Source: an uncultured Thermoleophilia bacterium | GTDB taxonomy: Bacteria; Actinomycetota; Thermoleophilia; UBA2241 | NCBI GenBank assembly: GCA_963777895.1 | Contig: CAVZSF010000005.1 | Location: 391,949-455,948 of the forward strand | Length of the DNA stretch: 64,000 nucleotides | Direction of reading: 5' to 3' | Shown here: in pieces, positions 1 to 10,854 of the stretch | Layout: each line of letters begins with the position of its first letter | Numbering within the stretch: position 1 is the first letter of the stretch | Program-made: the position numbers and the translations under genes | The notes under the pieces: model-generated | Databases searched by the model: none | What the model was told of the DNA's origin: nothing | What the model saw: the letters and a program-made list of their open reading frames with translations, nothing else

Positions 1-767
1 ACGCGGGCGGGCGCACCACGACGGCGGGCGCGCTGGTCACGGTGGGAAGCGTCGCCCTCACCAGCACCTCTTACTGGCAGAGGCCCGTGCCCACCGGCGT
101 GTCGACGAGCAACTACCAGCACATCGCGGCCGGCACTATCGCGTGCCGGGTGGTGGACCGGTCCGGCCGCGTCTACGCGCTGAGCAACGCTCACGTGTTC
201 GCCCCGCACGACCTCGGCGGGCAGGGCGAGCTCGGCGACATCGTCAACCAGCCGGGGCTCTACGACGTCCCGAGCCACGTGTACGACCCCAGCCTGCGTC
301 TCGGCGTGGTGGCAGCCTACCAGGCGCTCGTCGGCGACCTCTTCACGATGAACGAGATGGATGCTGCCATCGCCCTGACCGATGAGACGTCCCTCGGAGG
401 CGCGGTCCCCGTGGCGATCGGCGGCTACGGCGCGCCGAACAGCGTCGCGAAAGAGGCGGCCGTCGGCATGGCGGTGCAGAAGTACGGCCGCACCACGCTG
501 CTGACCAAGGGAACGATCACCGGGATCAACGCGGTCACCGTCGTCGGCTACGCCGAGTGGGACGCCTGGTTCCGGGACCAGATCGTGGTCGAGACGTCCG
601 GCACGTTCCTCCAGCCCGGCGATTCGGGATCGCTCGTCGTCACCGACGACGCCGGCGCCTACCCCGTCGGTCTTCTCTTCGCCGGCAACGCCGAGGGCAC
701 GATCGCGACCGTCACCCCGATCGTCCCCATCCTGCAGTACTTCGGCGTGACCGTCGACGGCAAGTGA
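1..767 (+). CDS. Trypsin-like (S1 family, streptogrisin/alpha-lytic-like) serine protease, 5'-partial
   Basis: The ORF is open to the window edge (annotated ORF 42..767). It carries an SNAHV His motif, a catalytic-serine GDSGS motif and a C-terminal QYFG. Third codon positions are GC-rich. Confidence 0.7.
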   Translation, partial: AGGRTTTAGALVTVGSVALTSTSYWQRPVPTGVSTSNYQHIAAGTIACRVVDRSGRVYALSNAHVFAPHDLGGQGELGDIVNQPGLYDVPSHVYDPSLRLGVVAAYQALVGDLFTMNEMDAAIALTDETSLGGAVPVAIGGYGAPNSVAKEAAVGMAVQKYGRTTLLTKGTITGINAVTVVGYAEWDAWFRDQIVVETSGTFLQPGDSGSLVVTDDAGAYPVGLLFAGNAEGTIATVTPIVPILQYFGVTVDGK

Positions 768-862
768 GGCGCGACGCTATCGCTCCATCTGCCTACGACT
801 GGGAGATGGTCTGAGAGGCGCGCGCCGGACAGACGTTCCTGCCGGGGACGAGCACCTGAGTC

Positions 863-3694
863 TGGTTACAGCGTGCCCGTGACGTCGACGGCGTCCAGGT
901 AGACGTCGCCGCTGCCGACCACCTCGATCACGATAGTGTGCGCGCCGTCGGCGAGGCCGGTCCGCGAGAACACCATCTGCTGGTACAGCCGACTCCCGCT
1001 CGCGAAGCTCACGCTCTGGGGAGTCCCGCCGTCGATGGAGATCCGGGCGCTGCCCCCGGAGGGGACTTTCGCCCCGATCAGCCTGACATCCGTTCCCGTG
1101 AAGGCGATGGTGACCTTCGAGCCCGCCGTCTTCGAGTAGCGGGCTGAACCGCCGTAGTGGGCCGCGTTTTTCGACGTCGACCAGCGGCCGGTCCAATTGA
1201 TCCTGGCGTCTGTCTGGTCGAAGCGGGTCCACGTCACGCGAACGTCGATCGAGACGGTCGCCGTAGCACTGCCGCCGCGTCCGTCGCTCACGCGTGTAGG
1301 TGAAGGCTGTCCGGTCCCTGACGTAGCCGGCGGCCGGCGCGTAAAGGAAGTCGCCGAACAGGCCGAGCGTGACGCTGCCGTGGACGGGACTCGCGGCGAG
1401 TGTCGCGGTCAGCGTGTCACCGTCGGGGTCGGTGTCGTTGGCGAGCACTCCCGGGACGGCGACGGACAGGGGCGTGTCCCGCAGCGTGCTGTAGGAATCG
1501 GCGACCGCTGCGGGGGTCCTGGTTCGGACGGGCGCTCACCTCTATCGAGACGGTCGCCGTCGCACTGCCGCCCCGTCCGTCGCTCACCGTGTAGGTGAAG
1601 CTGTCCGGCCCGGCGTAGCCCGCCGCCGGCGTGTAGACGAAGTCGCCGAGCGCGCCGAGCGAGACGACGCCGTGGGCGGGGCTCGTCGACGATGGCGGCG
1701 GTCAGCGTGTCGCCGTCAGGGTCGGAATCGTTGGCGAGCACGCCGGGCGCGGCCATGCTCAGGGGTGTGTCCTGCGCCGTGGTGTAGGTGTCAGCGGCCG
1801 CGGCCGGCGCCCTATTCGTCGCGACGACCTCGATGGTCACCGTGGCCGTGGCGCTGCCGCCGCTTCCCGTCGTTCGCGGTGTAGGTGAAGCTGTCCGCCC
1901 CGGCGTAGCCGGCGGCCGGCGTGTAGAGGAAGCCGCCGAGCAGGCCCAGGGTGACAGTGCCGTGGGCAGGGCCCGTTGCGATGGCGGCCGTCAGGGCGTC
2001 ACCATCGGGGTCCGTGTCGTTGCCGAGCACGCCGGGGGCGGTGACGCTCAACGGCGTGTCACGCGCAGTGCTGAAGGCGTCGGCGAGGGCCGACGGAGCG
2101 TGGTTGACCGCGGCGGGGTTCATGTCGAGGAAGACGGGGTTGCACCAGACGTTCGAGACGTCCGTGCCGTCCGTGTTCGCGAACGTCATCGTCACCACGC
2201 GGAACGTGTCGTTGGTGGGCTGTGGGACGCTCGCTGTGTAGGTCGTCTGCGTCGGGTTGGCGACGTACCAGATCTCGGCGTTGTTGCGGTTCCTGACGCT
2301 GATCCGCGTGCACATGCGTCCGGTCCTCGGCCGCTGGGTGATGCTCAACTTGAGGCTCGTCGTGGGGTAGACGGGAAGGACGCCGCCCTGTTCGACTCCG
2401 TTCAGGGTGAAGTAGCCGAGGTCGCCGCGGCCCGACGCCGTGACATCGCCGGACTTGAGAGCCTCGAGCACCCCCGTGGGGCCGAAGCCCTGCGGCGAGC
2501 GGAGCCAGGTGAGTCCGTTGACGCCCGTGTAGGCGGTGTGGGCGTCCGAGTTGCCCACGCCGACCGGGAAGGAGCCGCCGGCGATCCTCTTGTCGACGGC
2601 GTTGTTCAGCAGCTCGAACCACTTGGTCACAGCGCTCGAGTTGGACGTCGCCGAGTTCGAGATGATCTCGATGGCGCGGAAGGCTGCGGTGAAGTCCTCG
2701 TAGCCCATGCCCGAAAGGTAGGGATGCGCGGCCACGGCGAACGACGTCCCCGGGTTCTGGGCATTGATCCGGTCGACCAGGGTCGCGGCCGCGTACGCCT
2801 CGTCGGCGGGCGGGAGCACGGACGTGTTCAGTCCGTAGGCCAGCGTGTGGCTCTTGTTGAGCAGCGCCGCGATCTCGAGACCTGGCAGCACGGGGATGCC
2901 GTACGCCGCCTGCTGCGTCGCGCAGTCGGCGGCGTAGAGCGCCCAGTCGGCCAGGTCGTCGGTGGGACGCTCCTGGATCCAGTCCCAGTGGTCGGTCATG
3001 ATGAGCCACTTCTGGCCGGTGCCCACCGCCTGGGCGGCGCGTTGGGCGATCGTGTACGACCCGACGCTCCAGGTGTTGCTGTGCACGTGCCCGTCGCCGG
3101 CGCCCCAGTCGGTGTCGGCTCGGCAGTGCGGCGACCGTCACGGCGAGCGGTAGCGCCACCGTGGTCTCTTGTGCGCCGACGGCGACGACGGCCGTCGCGA
3201 CGAGGGTGCTGGTCGAGCCGTCTCGGAGCTGCAGGTCGCCGGCGGGGACGGCGAGCACGATCTGGGAGCTGCGGTCGAGGAAGCGGCGCGCCGGCCGCTC
3301 GCGCGAGTCGGCGAGGCGCGCGAGCACCTGCGCCTTCGTGCCGGCCATGTCCGAGATGGGACGGAGGGCCTTCCCGGGGCGGACCACGGCGAGCGTCGTG
3401 CCGTCGGGCCCGGCGATGCTGAGCTGCTTCAGGGTGACCTGAGCGGCCCTTGCCCATGTCGAAGACGAACACGGGCACGGTGATGACACCGGGTGAGACC
3501 GTGCCGAGCTCGATCGTCGGGGCGACGAGCAGCACGTCGCCGCCGGCCGAAGCAGCCGTCCGCAGATGAGCGAGGGCGGCGGCGTCCGGGTCGGGCGCGG
3601 TCGCGGCGAGGCAGGCGGGCGCCATGAACAGGGACAGGGCGGCTGCAAGCACGAACGCCGCGAAACGGCCCTTCCAACCCCGCAGGCCTGCCAT
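863..3694 (-). CDS. Secreted multidomain protein: signal peptide, PHP-domain metallophosphoesterase, three tandem cadherin-like (NDxDPDGD) repeats and a C-terminal beta-sandwich/CBM-like domain. The frame is interrupted about 6 times.
   Basis: A signal peptide [30 protein letters not shown] sits at 3694. Motifs [11 protein letters not shown] and GNSDAHT indicate a PHP domain. Three ~95 aa repeats each carry [15 protein letters not shown] ... [17 protein letters not shown]. The C-terminal domain shows WTGRW...[12 protein letters not shown]...ISIDGG. The reading frame switches between ORFs 2996..3694, 2059..3795, 1812..3086, 1409..1840, 777..1448 and 866..1291. Confidence 0.55.
1245..2150 (-). 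repeat. Three tandem ~300 bp coding repeats (cadherin-like domain units) inside the PHP-domain gene
   Basis: The unit gtaggtgaag(c/g)tgtccg...gtgtcgttggcgagcac recurs at about 1290, 1590 and 1890. It is 80-85% identical at the nucleotide level. Confidence 0.8.
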
Positions 3695-3876
3695 GACGAC
3701 TCCCTTCCGGCCGGCTTGCGGGACGCCGCAGCGATGATCGCGCCGCGGCCCGCTCGGCCCCCCTTGGATCTGGTCCCCTCTCGGTCTGGGAGCATACTAC
3801 CCAGACGACAGGGGAGATCCGCCGTCGGGACGGATGTGTAATCTGGAATGGCGTCGTCGACGCCGCCGCTCGAGGG

Positions 3877-4938
3877 CTACGCCACGAACGCTCCCGGCGC
3901 GAAGACCTCGCCGACCCGGCGCGCCACCGCTGCGATGAGGCGCGCCGTCTCCTCGATGTCGCTGCCGTCGGCCATCTCGGCCGCGGAGTGGACGTAGCGC
4001 ATCGGGATGCTGAGCTGGAGCGTCGCCGCTTCGCCGGCCGCCGCGACCTCGTGCGCGTCGGTGAGGGTCTCGCCGGCGATCGCCAGGGGCTGGATGGCGA
4101 TGCCCTCCTCGGCGGCGACGTCGCGCGCCAGCGCCGCGACCTTACGGTTCATGACGGTGCCCAGGTTGAGGACGGGACCGCCACCCAGCTTCACCTCGCC
4201 GGCGATCTTGACGGCGTCGGCGCCCGGGTAGTCGCTCGTGAAGGTCCCGTCGATGACGATCACGACGTCGGGGTGCAGGCGGCGAGCGAGGGCCCGGGCG
4301 CCCATGTAGGTGGTCTCCTCGTGCGACGACGAGGCGGCGATCAGACGCGCCCGTCCGTCCGTCGGACCGTAGAGCTCGAGGGCGCGGATCACCGCGTAGA
4401 CGCCGGCCCGGTTGTCGATGGCGAGCGAAGCGAAACGGCCCGGCGAGAGCTCGTGGAAGCCCTGGTCGAACGTGACGCAATCGCCGACGGCGACGCGGGC
4501 GAGCGCCTCGGCGCGGTCGTGGGCGCCGATGTCGACGAACTGTTCTCTGATCGGCGCCGCCTTGCCGCGCTCCGCCTCCGGCACGATGTGGGTGGGCAGG
4601 CGCCCGACCACGCCGCGTACCGGGCCTTCCGCGCCATGGATCAGGACGGTGTGCCCCGGCAGCAACTGCTGGTCGAGCCAGCCGATCACGTCGAGCCGCA
4701 CGTAGCCGTCTTCGTCGACGTGGGTGACGATCATGCCGATCTGGTCGGCGTGCGCGATGGCGAGCACCTGAGGGCCGTCCTGCGGCCCGCTCTCCGCCCA
4801 GAGGTTGCCCAAGGGATCGCCCTGCGCTTCGGCGACGCCCTCGAGGCGGCGGCGGACGATCGCCTGCACCGCCGCCTCGAAGCCGCTCGGGGAGGGGGCG
4901 AGGCACAGCTGGCGCAGGAACTCGACGTCCAGATCCAT
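3877..4938 (-). CDS. M42 family metallopeptidase (glutamyl aminopeptidase / FrvX-CelM-like)
   Basis: Complete 353 aa ORF. Motifs IDNRAGV, SSHEETT and the overall layout match the M42 family. Confidence 0.85.
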   Translation of the reverse strand: MDLDVEFLRQLCLAPSPSGFEAAVQAIVRRRLEGVAEAQGDPLGNLWAESGPQDGPQVLAIAHADQIGMIVTHVDEDGYVRLDVIGWLDQQLLPGHTVLIHGAEGPVRGVVGRLPTHIVPEAERGKAAPIREQFVDIGAHDRAEALARVAVGDCVTFDQGFHELSPGRFASLAIDNRAGVYAVIRALELYGPTDGRARLIAASSSHEETTYMGARALARRLHPDVVIVIDGTFTSDYPGADAVKIAGEVKLGGGPVLNLGTVMNRKVAALARDVAAEEGIAIQPLAIAGETLTDAHEVAAAGEAATLQLSIPMRYVHSAAEMADGSDIEETARLIAAVARRVGEVFAPGAFVA

Positions 4939-5079
4939 CGGGCACTCCTTGGCGAGGGGACCGGCCGGACGGCCGCTTCACATCGCGGTCATCCTATGCC
5001 GCGAGGCTCGCCGAGACGATGCACGGGTGGATCTACGCCGCGGCGCTGGGTTGACGTCGGCGCCGCCGCGGCCGGTGGG

Positions 5080-5781
5080 TCACGCGGCCAACGGCCCCGC
5101 GCCCTCCTCCGGCATGCCCTCGTACTGAACGATGTGCCCGGGCATGCCGGCGAACGCGAAGCTGCGGTTCATGTGGTCGCGTTCGTCCAGCCCGATGCGG
5201 CGGAACACGTCGGCCCACGAGTCGAACGGTCCGCGCTCCTGGACGAGCTCGCTCCTCACGGGCTGGTCCTCCCACTCAGGGTGGTCGTCGACGAGCTCCG
5301 CGTACGTGTGCTCGGCGTGGTCCTCGAACTCGGCGTTGAAGAGGAAGGAGCGCCGCAGGTCGGCGCGCGCCATACCCCACGTCATGGCGGAGTAGGAAGC
5401 GACCATCAGGGACGGCAGGGGCTGCGTCATGTAACGGGGGTCCCGGGTGGCCTCCTCCTTCATCTTCTCGTTGATGACGAGCAGGTGCCAGACCTCGGTG
5501 TCCTGGGCCTCGCGGCCCCACCTCAGGACGGCGTCGGCCTCCTGGACCAGCTCCCTGTCACGGTAGTTACGCGTGATGCGCCCGTACTCGCGGGTCTCCC
5601 AGGCACGGTAAGGGATGGGGGCGGTGAGCTCGATCAGCTTCGCCTTGGCGAGCGTCGTCGTGCTCCCTGTGAACATGTCCATGCTGCGGAAGAAGAAGCG
5701 CGCCGTTTGCGAGTAGTCGTACCGCGGTCGCGCCCGCGAAGCCTGCTGTTCCTTCTTGAGGTCGACCTGCACCCGTTCCAC
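5080..5781 (-). CDS. Ferritin-like diiron carboxylate protein, alternative oxidase (AOX)-like
   Basis: 233 aa. Iron-ligand-like motifs occur in AOX order: LIELTA (E), EAQDTEVWH (E-x-x-H), AEFEDHAEH and IGLDERDHMNRSF (compare AOX RADEAHHRDVNH). Confidence 0.5.
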   Translation of the reverse strand: MERVQVDLKKEQQASRARPRYDYSQTARFFFRSMDMFTGSTTTLAKAKLIELTAPIPYRAWETREYGRITRNYRDRELVQEADAVLRWGREAQDTEVWHLLVINEKMKEEATRDPRYMTQPLPSLMVASYSAMTWGMARADLRRSFLFNAEFEDHAEHTYAELVDDHPEWEDQPVRSELVQERGPFDSWADVFRRIGLDERDHMNRSFAFAGMPGHIVQYEGMPEEGAGPLAA

Positions 5782-5975
5782 CGTACCCCCCTTTGCGCGT
5801 CGGGACGAAGGCAGGGTGTCCGTGCGGCCCGCGAGGAAAACCGTTGGCTCGCGCCAGGGATGGACGCCGCGCCACGCCGCGCCTGTAGACTCGGCACGAC
5901 GGGCAGCCGCGGCCCATCACGACTCGTCCCCCAGGGGGACGACGCCGGGCCGCGGGAGAGCCATGGGGGCAACAG

Positions 5976-7994
5976 ATGCGCGTGAGGATGGACCTGCCGA
6001 GGAAGGTGAGCGATCCGCAGGAGGTGTGGATCCCCCTCGCGGACGGCTGTCGCCTCTCGGCGAGGATCTGGTTACCGGAGGATGCCGGGTCGCGGCCGGT
6101 GCCGGCCGTGCTCGAGTACCTCCCTTACCGCAAGAGTGACGGCACCTCCCTCCTGGACGCCGGGACCCACGCCTATCTCGCGGGCCACGGCTACGCGGGC
6201 GTGCGCGTGGACCTGCGGGGTACGGGCGACTCGGACGGGCACCTGCGCGACGAGTACACGAGCCAGGAGCAGGATGACGCGATCGAGGCGATCGCCTGGC
6301 TCGCGGTGCAGCCCTGGTGCGACGGGGCGGTCGGGATGATGGGCATCTCCTGGGGCGGCTTCAACTCACTGCAGGTAGCCGCCCGCCGCCCGCCCGCCCT
6401 GAAGGCTGTGATCTCTGTCTGTTCCACTGACGACCGGTACGCCACCGACGAGCACTACATCGGCGGGTGCGTGATGGGGCCGGAGATGCAGTCCTACGCG
6501 ACGATGTTGCTGGGCTACGCGACCCACGCACCCGACCCAGCCGTCGTCGGCGATGGCTGGAGAGACCTGTGGCGGCGCCGTCTCGAAGGGGCGGCGCCGG
6601 CCTTGCCCGCCTGGTTGTCGCATCAACGCAGGGATGCCTACTGGCGGCACGGGTCGGTCTGCGAGGACTACGAGGCGATGCAGTGCGCCGTCTACATGGT
6701 CGGCGGCTGGGCGGACGGTTACCGCGACGCCGTCTTCCGCATGCTCGAGCACTACCGCGGACCGCTGAAGGCGCTGGTCGGGCCGTGGTGCCACACGCTG
6801 CCGCACCACGGCACGCCCGGTCCCGCGGTGGGCTTCCTTCAGGAGGCCGTACGCTGGTGGGACCACTGGCTCAAGGGGATCGACACCGGCATCATGGACG
6901 AGCCTCGGCTGACGTTCTGGATGCAGGACGCGTACACGGCCTCGCAGGACTGGCAGGCAAAGACCGGCCGGTGGGTGAGCGAAGAGGCGTGGCCGTCACC
7001 GAAGGTCGCGCCACGCATGTTCACGTTGAGACCGGGAGGCCTGCAGGAGGGATCCACAGATGACCCGGGGACCCTCCGGATCGCGAGCCCGGCGACGACC
7101 GGTATCGAGGGTGGCTGCTGGATCTCGTGGTCCTGCGCGAACGACGCCCCCGGCGAGCAGGGGCCCGACGATACGCGCTCGGTCGTGTTCGACTCGGCGC
7201 CTCTGGACGAGCGCCTGGAGGTGCTCGGCAACGCGACGGCCTTCTTGCGCCTGGTCGCGGATCAGCCTCAGGCGCTCGTCGCCGTGCGGCTCTGCGACGT
7301 CGACGCGTCTGGCACGTCGACGCTCGTGACCCGCGGCGTCCTCAACCTCGCCCATCGCGACGGGCACGCGGCGCCGCAGCCGCTCGTGCCCGGCGCCGCG
7401 TACCGTGTCGCCGTGCAGCTCGCGGCCGTCGCCTACGCGTTCCCTGCGGGACACCGCCTGCGGCTGGCTCTGGCGACGGCCCAGTGGCCCCTGGCTTGGC
7501 CGTCGCCACGGCCGGTCAGCCTTGAGCTGTCGCTCGCCGATAGCACGATCGAGCTCCCCGTCTGGAGTGGGGGAGCGCAGCGGCCCCTACCGGCCTTCCT
7601 CACGATGGAGCCCGAAGAGGCTCGCCCTCCACAGCACGAGCAACTGAAGGACGCCGTCAGCGAGATCGCCACGCGGCGCGACCCTGCCACCGGCCGTGTC
7701 GAATCGACCTGGGACGAGGCGGGCGCCTTCCGTGTGGCCGACGGTCTCGTCCATCGCTACGAAGCGCGCGACACGTGGACCATCACGGAGGGGGATCCGC
7801 TCTCCGCCGCCGCCGAGTCGCGATGGGAGTTCTCCAGTGAGCGCCGCGGCTGGCGCGCCCGCGTCGAGGCCCGCAGCGAGCTGACGTCTGACAGATCGAG
7901 CTTCCGAGTGACCTGCACTCTCGACGCCTACGATGGTGACGAGCGCATCGCCGGCAGGGAGTGGCAGGCGGTCATCCCTCGGGACTGCTGCTAG
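5976..7994 (+). CDS. CocE/NonD family alpha/beta hydrolase (X-Pro dipeptidyl-peptidase S15 family)
   Basis: 672 aa with a GISWGG nucleophile elbow. An N-terminal hydrolase domain is followed by a C-terminal beta-sandwich typical of CocE/NonD. Confidence 0.85.
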   Translation: MRVRMDLPRKVSDPQEVWIPLADGCRLSARIWLPEDAGSRPVPAVLEYLPYRKSDGTSLLDAGTHAYLAGHGYAGVRVDLRGTGDSDGHLRDEYTSQEQDDAIEAIAWLAVQPWCDGAVGMMGISWGGFNSLQVAARRPPALKAVISVCSTDDRYATDEHYIGGCVMGPEMQSYATMLLGYATHAPDPAVVGDGWRDLWRRRLEGAAPALPAWLSHQRRDAYWRHGSVCEDYEAMQCAVYMVGGWADGYRDAVFRMLEHYRGPLKALVGPWCHTLPHHGTPGPAVGFLQEAVRWWDHWLKGIDTGIMDEPRLTFWMQDAYTASQDWQAKTGRWVSEEAWPSPKVAPRMFTLRPGGLQEGSTDDPGTLRIASPATTGIEGGCWISWSCANDAPGEQGPDDTRSVVFDSAPLDERLEVLGNATAFLRLVADQPQALVAVRLCDVDASGTSTLVTRGVLNLAHRDGHAAPQPLVPGAAYRVAVQLAAVAYAFPAGHRLRLALATAQWPLAWPSPRPVSLELSLADSTIELPVWSGGAQRPLPAFLTMEPEEARPPQHEQLKDAVSEIATRRDPATGRVESTWDEAGAFRVADGLVHRYEARDTWTITEGDPLSAAAESRWEFSSERRGWRARVEARSELTSDRSSFRVTCTLDAYDGDERIAGREWQAVIPRDCC

Positions 7995-8449
7995 GCCTCC
8001 CGTTCGAGCAGGCGCCGGAAGACTGCCGCCAGGGCCTCGACCTCGTCCTGTGCGAGCGCCCCGAAGAAGGCGTGCTCGACGAACGCGAAGACCTCGTCCT
8101 GGGCCGCATGGGCGAGCGTCATGCCGGCATCTGTGAGCGTGACGTTCGTGGCCCGGCGATCGGTGGGACACACGCGCCGCGCCACGAGGGCGCGGCGCTC
8201 GAGGACATCGATGATGCGAGACATCCGGCTCACGCTGAGGCCCATGGCGTCGGCCAGCTCGTTCTGGCGCAGGGTACGGCGATCTGCTGTGGCAAGGCGA
8301 CCCAGGACGCCGAGCATGCTGACGCTGAGGTTCTCGTGGGTCTCGAGCCTCGCCCCGGCCTCGCGACGGAGGCGGCCCGCCAGCTCGAGGAGGCCTTCCC
8401 ACGCCTCCGCCTTCTCCCTGGGCCAGGTCGTCACGTTCTCACCCATCAT
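7991..8449 (-). CDS. MarR family transcriptional regulator
   Basis: A winged-HTH segment reads LRQNELADAMGLSVSRMSRIIDVLERRALVARR. The ORF extends to 8656, but a start at MMGENV (about 8449) gives a MarR-typical size. Confidence 0.8.
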   Translation of the reverse strand: MMGENVTTWPREKAEAWEGLLELAGRLRREAGARLETHENLSVSMLGVLGRLATADRRTLRQNELADAMGLSVSRMSRIIDVLERRALVARRVCPTDRRATNVTLTDAGMTLAHAAQDEVFAFVEHAFFGALAQDEVEALAAVFRRLLEREA

Positions 8450-8652
8450 GTAGCGGGCACGGGCGACGACGGGCGCGAGCGGGTCGCGCGGAGCCGAGTC
8501 CGGAGACGCTCCGGGCGTCGGGGCTGGTGACGCGACGGAGGACCGCGCAGGCGTGGCGGCCGGCGACCCTCGGTCGCCGGCCGCCACGCCGTCGCCGTCG
8601 CCGCCGCCCGCTCGGGCGGCGGCGACGGCTTGCAGGTGACGGCGGTCGGTGC

Positions 8653-9282
8653 TCACGCGGGAGCCACGATCTTCAGCGCGCTGGCGTAGCCGGTTCCCAG
8701 CGGCTGCTGGATCGAGATGTGCAGGTAGCCCAGCGCTTCGAGCTCACGGGCGCGGCGCAGGGGACCGGCGTCGATCGGATTCAGGCCACTGTCGCCGGCG
8801 AGCTGAGAGACGAGCTGCTTCGCGCCGGCGTCGTCGCCGGCGATGAACACGTCGAGCATGTGGCCGGCGACACGGCCGTCGACGAGCGTTCCGGCGAAGG
8901 TGGTGTTGAAGGCCTTCACCACCTTCGCCTTGGGCCGCGCCGCGGCGATCTCCTCGGCGGCGGAACCGGCATCCGGGTGGATCGGCTCGAAGGTGGAGAA
9001 GTCGACCGGGTTGGTGATGTCGACGACGACTCTGCCGTCGAGCTGCTCGCCGTAGTCGCCGACCAGGCCGTGAAGCGCTGTGTAGGGCACGGCGAGGACG
9101 ACGACGTCGCCGCTGAGGGCGTCGCCTACGGTGCCGGCCTTGGCCTTGCCGCCCAGCTCGCCGGCGAGCGCGTCGGCCTTGTCGCGCTCCCTGCCGAGCA
9201 GGGTGACCTCGTGGCCGGCGGCGAGGGCGCGCGTGCCGATGCCGCGAGCCATCTTGCCGGTGCCGATGATCGTGATCTCCAT
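8653..9282 (-). CDS. NADPH-dependent F420 reductase-like NADP oxidoreductase (Npd family)
   Basis: MEITIIGTGKMARG forms a Rossmann N-terminus. The 210 aa size and overall pattern fit PF03807-type proteins. Confidence 0.75.
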   Translation of the reverse strand: MEITIIGTGKMARGIGTRALAAGHEVTLLGRERDKADALAGELGGKAKAGTVGDALSGDVVVLAVPYTALHGLVGDYGEQLDGRVVVDITNPVDFSTFEPIHPDAGSAAEEIAAARPKAKVVKAFNTTFAGTLVDGRVAGHMLDVFIAGDDAGAKQLVSQLAGDSGLNPIDAGPLRRARELEALGYLHISIQQPLGTGYASALKIVAPA

Positions 9283-9475
9283 GACGGTGTGTCCTTTCGT
9301 TCCCTTGGAACGGATGATTCGTTGCCGTAGCAACAGTCTTGCCTGAGTGTTGCTGGGGCAAACATCCTGGAAGTGGACATCACGGAGACGGTCGGCGAGG
9401 CGAGGACGCGCACGTGTCCATACGACGGCCCGCCGCCGGCTGTGACTGGGCAGTCCGTCGGCCGACCGGGCGCGG

Positions 9476-10854
9476 TCAGCGCTTCAGGTAGGCGAGAGAG
9501 TCGCCGTGCGCCGCGAGGTAGTCGTCCAGGATCGACCGCGCGAGACCGGGGGAACCGACGAGCGGGTGTGCGGTCAGCGCCGCCAGAGCCAGGGCGTACG
9601 ACCCCTCGACGGCCGCGCGCACAGTGAGCCGCTCGTACTCCTTGACGGGCTCGAGCAGCGCGAGCGCCGGCTCGGGAGTCGTCCCCTGGGCGAGCGGGTG
9701 CGCTCCGTGTTCGTCCATCATGCAGGTGACCTCCACGACATCGTCGTCGCGGAGGCCGCGGATGGCGCCGCCGTTGGGGACGTTCAGGACGAGCGGCGCC
9801 TTCAGCCGGCGCACGGCGGCGGTCATGACCGCGGTGGCGACGCCCTCGTAGCCCTCACCCTCGAACATCTCGTCTTCGCCGTCCGGCCCGGAGGCCGGCT
9901 CCTCGGTGACCGCCTCGCCGCGCTCGCGCGCGAAGTAGGTCTCACCTCTGGTCTCCATGGCCCCTTCCCAGGCGCGACGAGCGCCGGGCAGGTCCCCCGC
10001 GTCGATGCGGGCGCGCAGGACGGGCCACAGCGCGTCGTTCAGAGCCTGGACCTGCCGGCCGCGCGTCCCGCCGGAGGCAAGGATGTTCGCGACCGCCTGC
10101 TCGCGGTAGTAGTAGAAGTAGAGGTACTCCATCGGGAGCATGCCGAGCGATCTGACGAGCTGCGTGTCGAAGAGGCGCCACTCGTCGTCCGCCTCACGCA
10201 GGTCCTCGTAGCGGTCGAGCAGCTCCGGCAGGCGCTCTCGTCCGTCCACGAGCACGCGCCGGATCCAGCCGCAGTGGTTCAGGCCGAAGTAGTCCACGTG
10301 GAGCTCGTCGCCGGGAACGCCGAGGAGCGCGGCGAGGCTGCGCTTCATCGAGACCGGTCCGTCGCAGATGCCCACGGTGCGGACCGCCGTGTGGTCGCTG
10401 AGGGCCTGGGCGACGAGGCCCACCGGATTCGTGAAGTTCACCAGGAGGGCGTCGGGCGCCACATCGGCCATCAGGCGGGCGTAGTCGAGCATGACCGGGA
10501 TGGTCCGCAGGGCCATGGCGAAGCCCCCCGGACCGGTGGTCTCCTGGCCGAGGACGCCGTGCTTGAGCGGGATCTCCTCGTCGAGTGCCCTCCCGCGTTC
10601 TTGGCCGACCCGGATCGCCGAGAAGACGAAGCGCGCGCCGGCGAGAGCGGCGCGCGCGTCTCGTTCGCCACGTACCGTGAAGCGCGCCCCCCACTCACGG
10701 CAGAGCTGTGCCCCGAGCGCCACCATCAGATCGAGGCGCTCGTGGTCTGTGTCGTGCAGGACGACGTCGCTGAGTCCAAGCTCGCCGGCGCGTCCCGCCA
10801 GACCCCGCAGGACAAGGGGGCGCGCACGCCGGCCCCGAGGAGGGTGAGTTTCAC
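9476..10854 (-). CDS. Glycoside hydrolase family 4 (NAD-dependent 6-phospho-glucosidase-like), with a 1-nt frameshift near the 5' end
   Basis: A GH4-like body reads FTNPVGLV...GICDGP...GLNHCGW. The N-terminus VKLTLLGAGVRAPL lies in the adjacent frame. A run of 5 C at about 10812 would need 6 to restore the frame. The GTG start has a gaaggag RBS. Confidence 0.8.

Noticed and set aside
1245-2150. Possible CRISPR-like array from regularly spaced repeats
   Set aside because: The repeats are ~300 bp, protein-coding (cadherin-like domains) and contiguous without unique spacers. This is not a CRISPR array.
3988-5985. 665 aa ORF on the + strand spanning the M42 and AOX-like loci
   Set aside because: Antisense to two well-supported genes. 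It is Arg/Gly/Ala-rich with no third-position GC bias or domain signal. This is a typical spurious long ORF in ~70% GC DNA.
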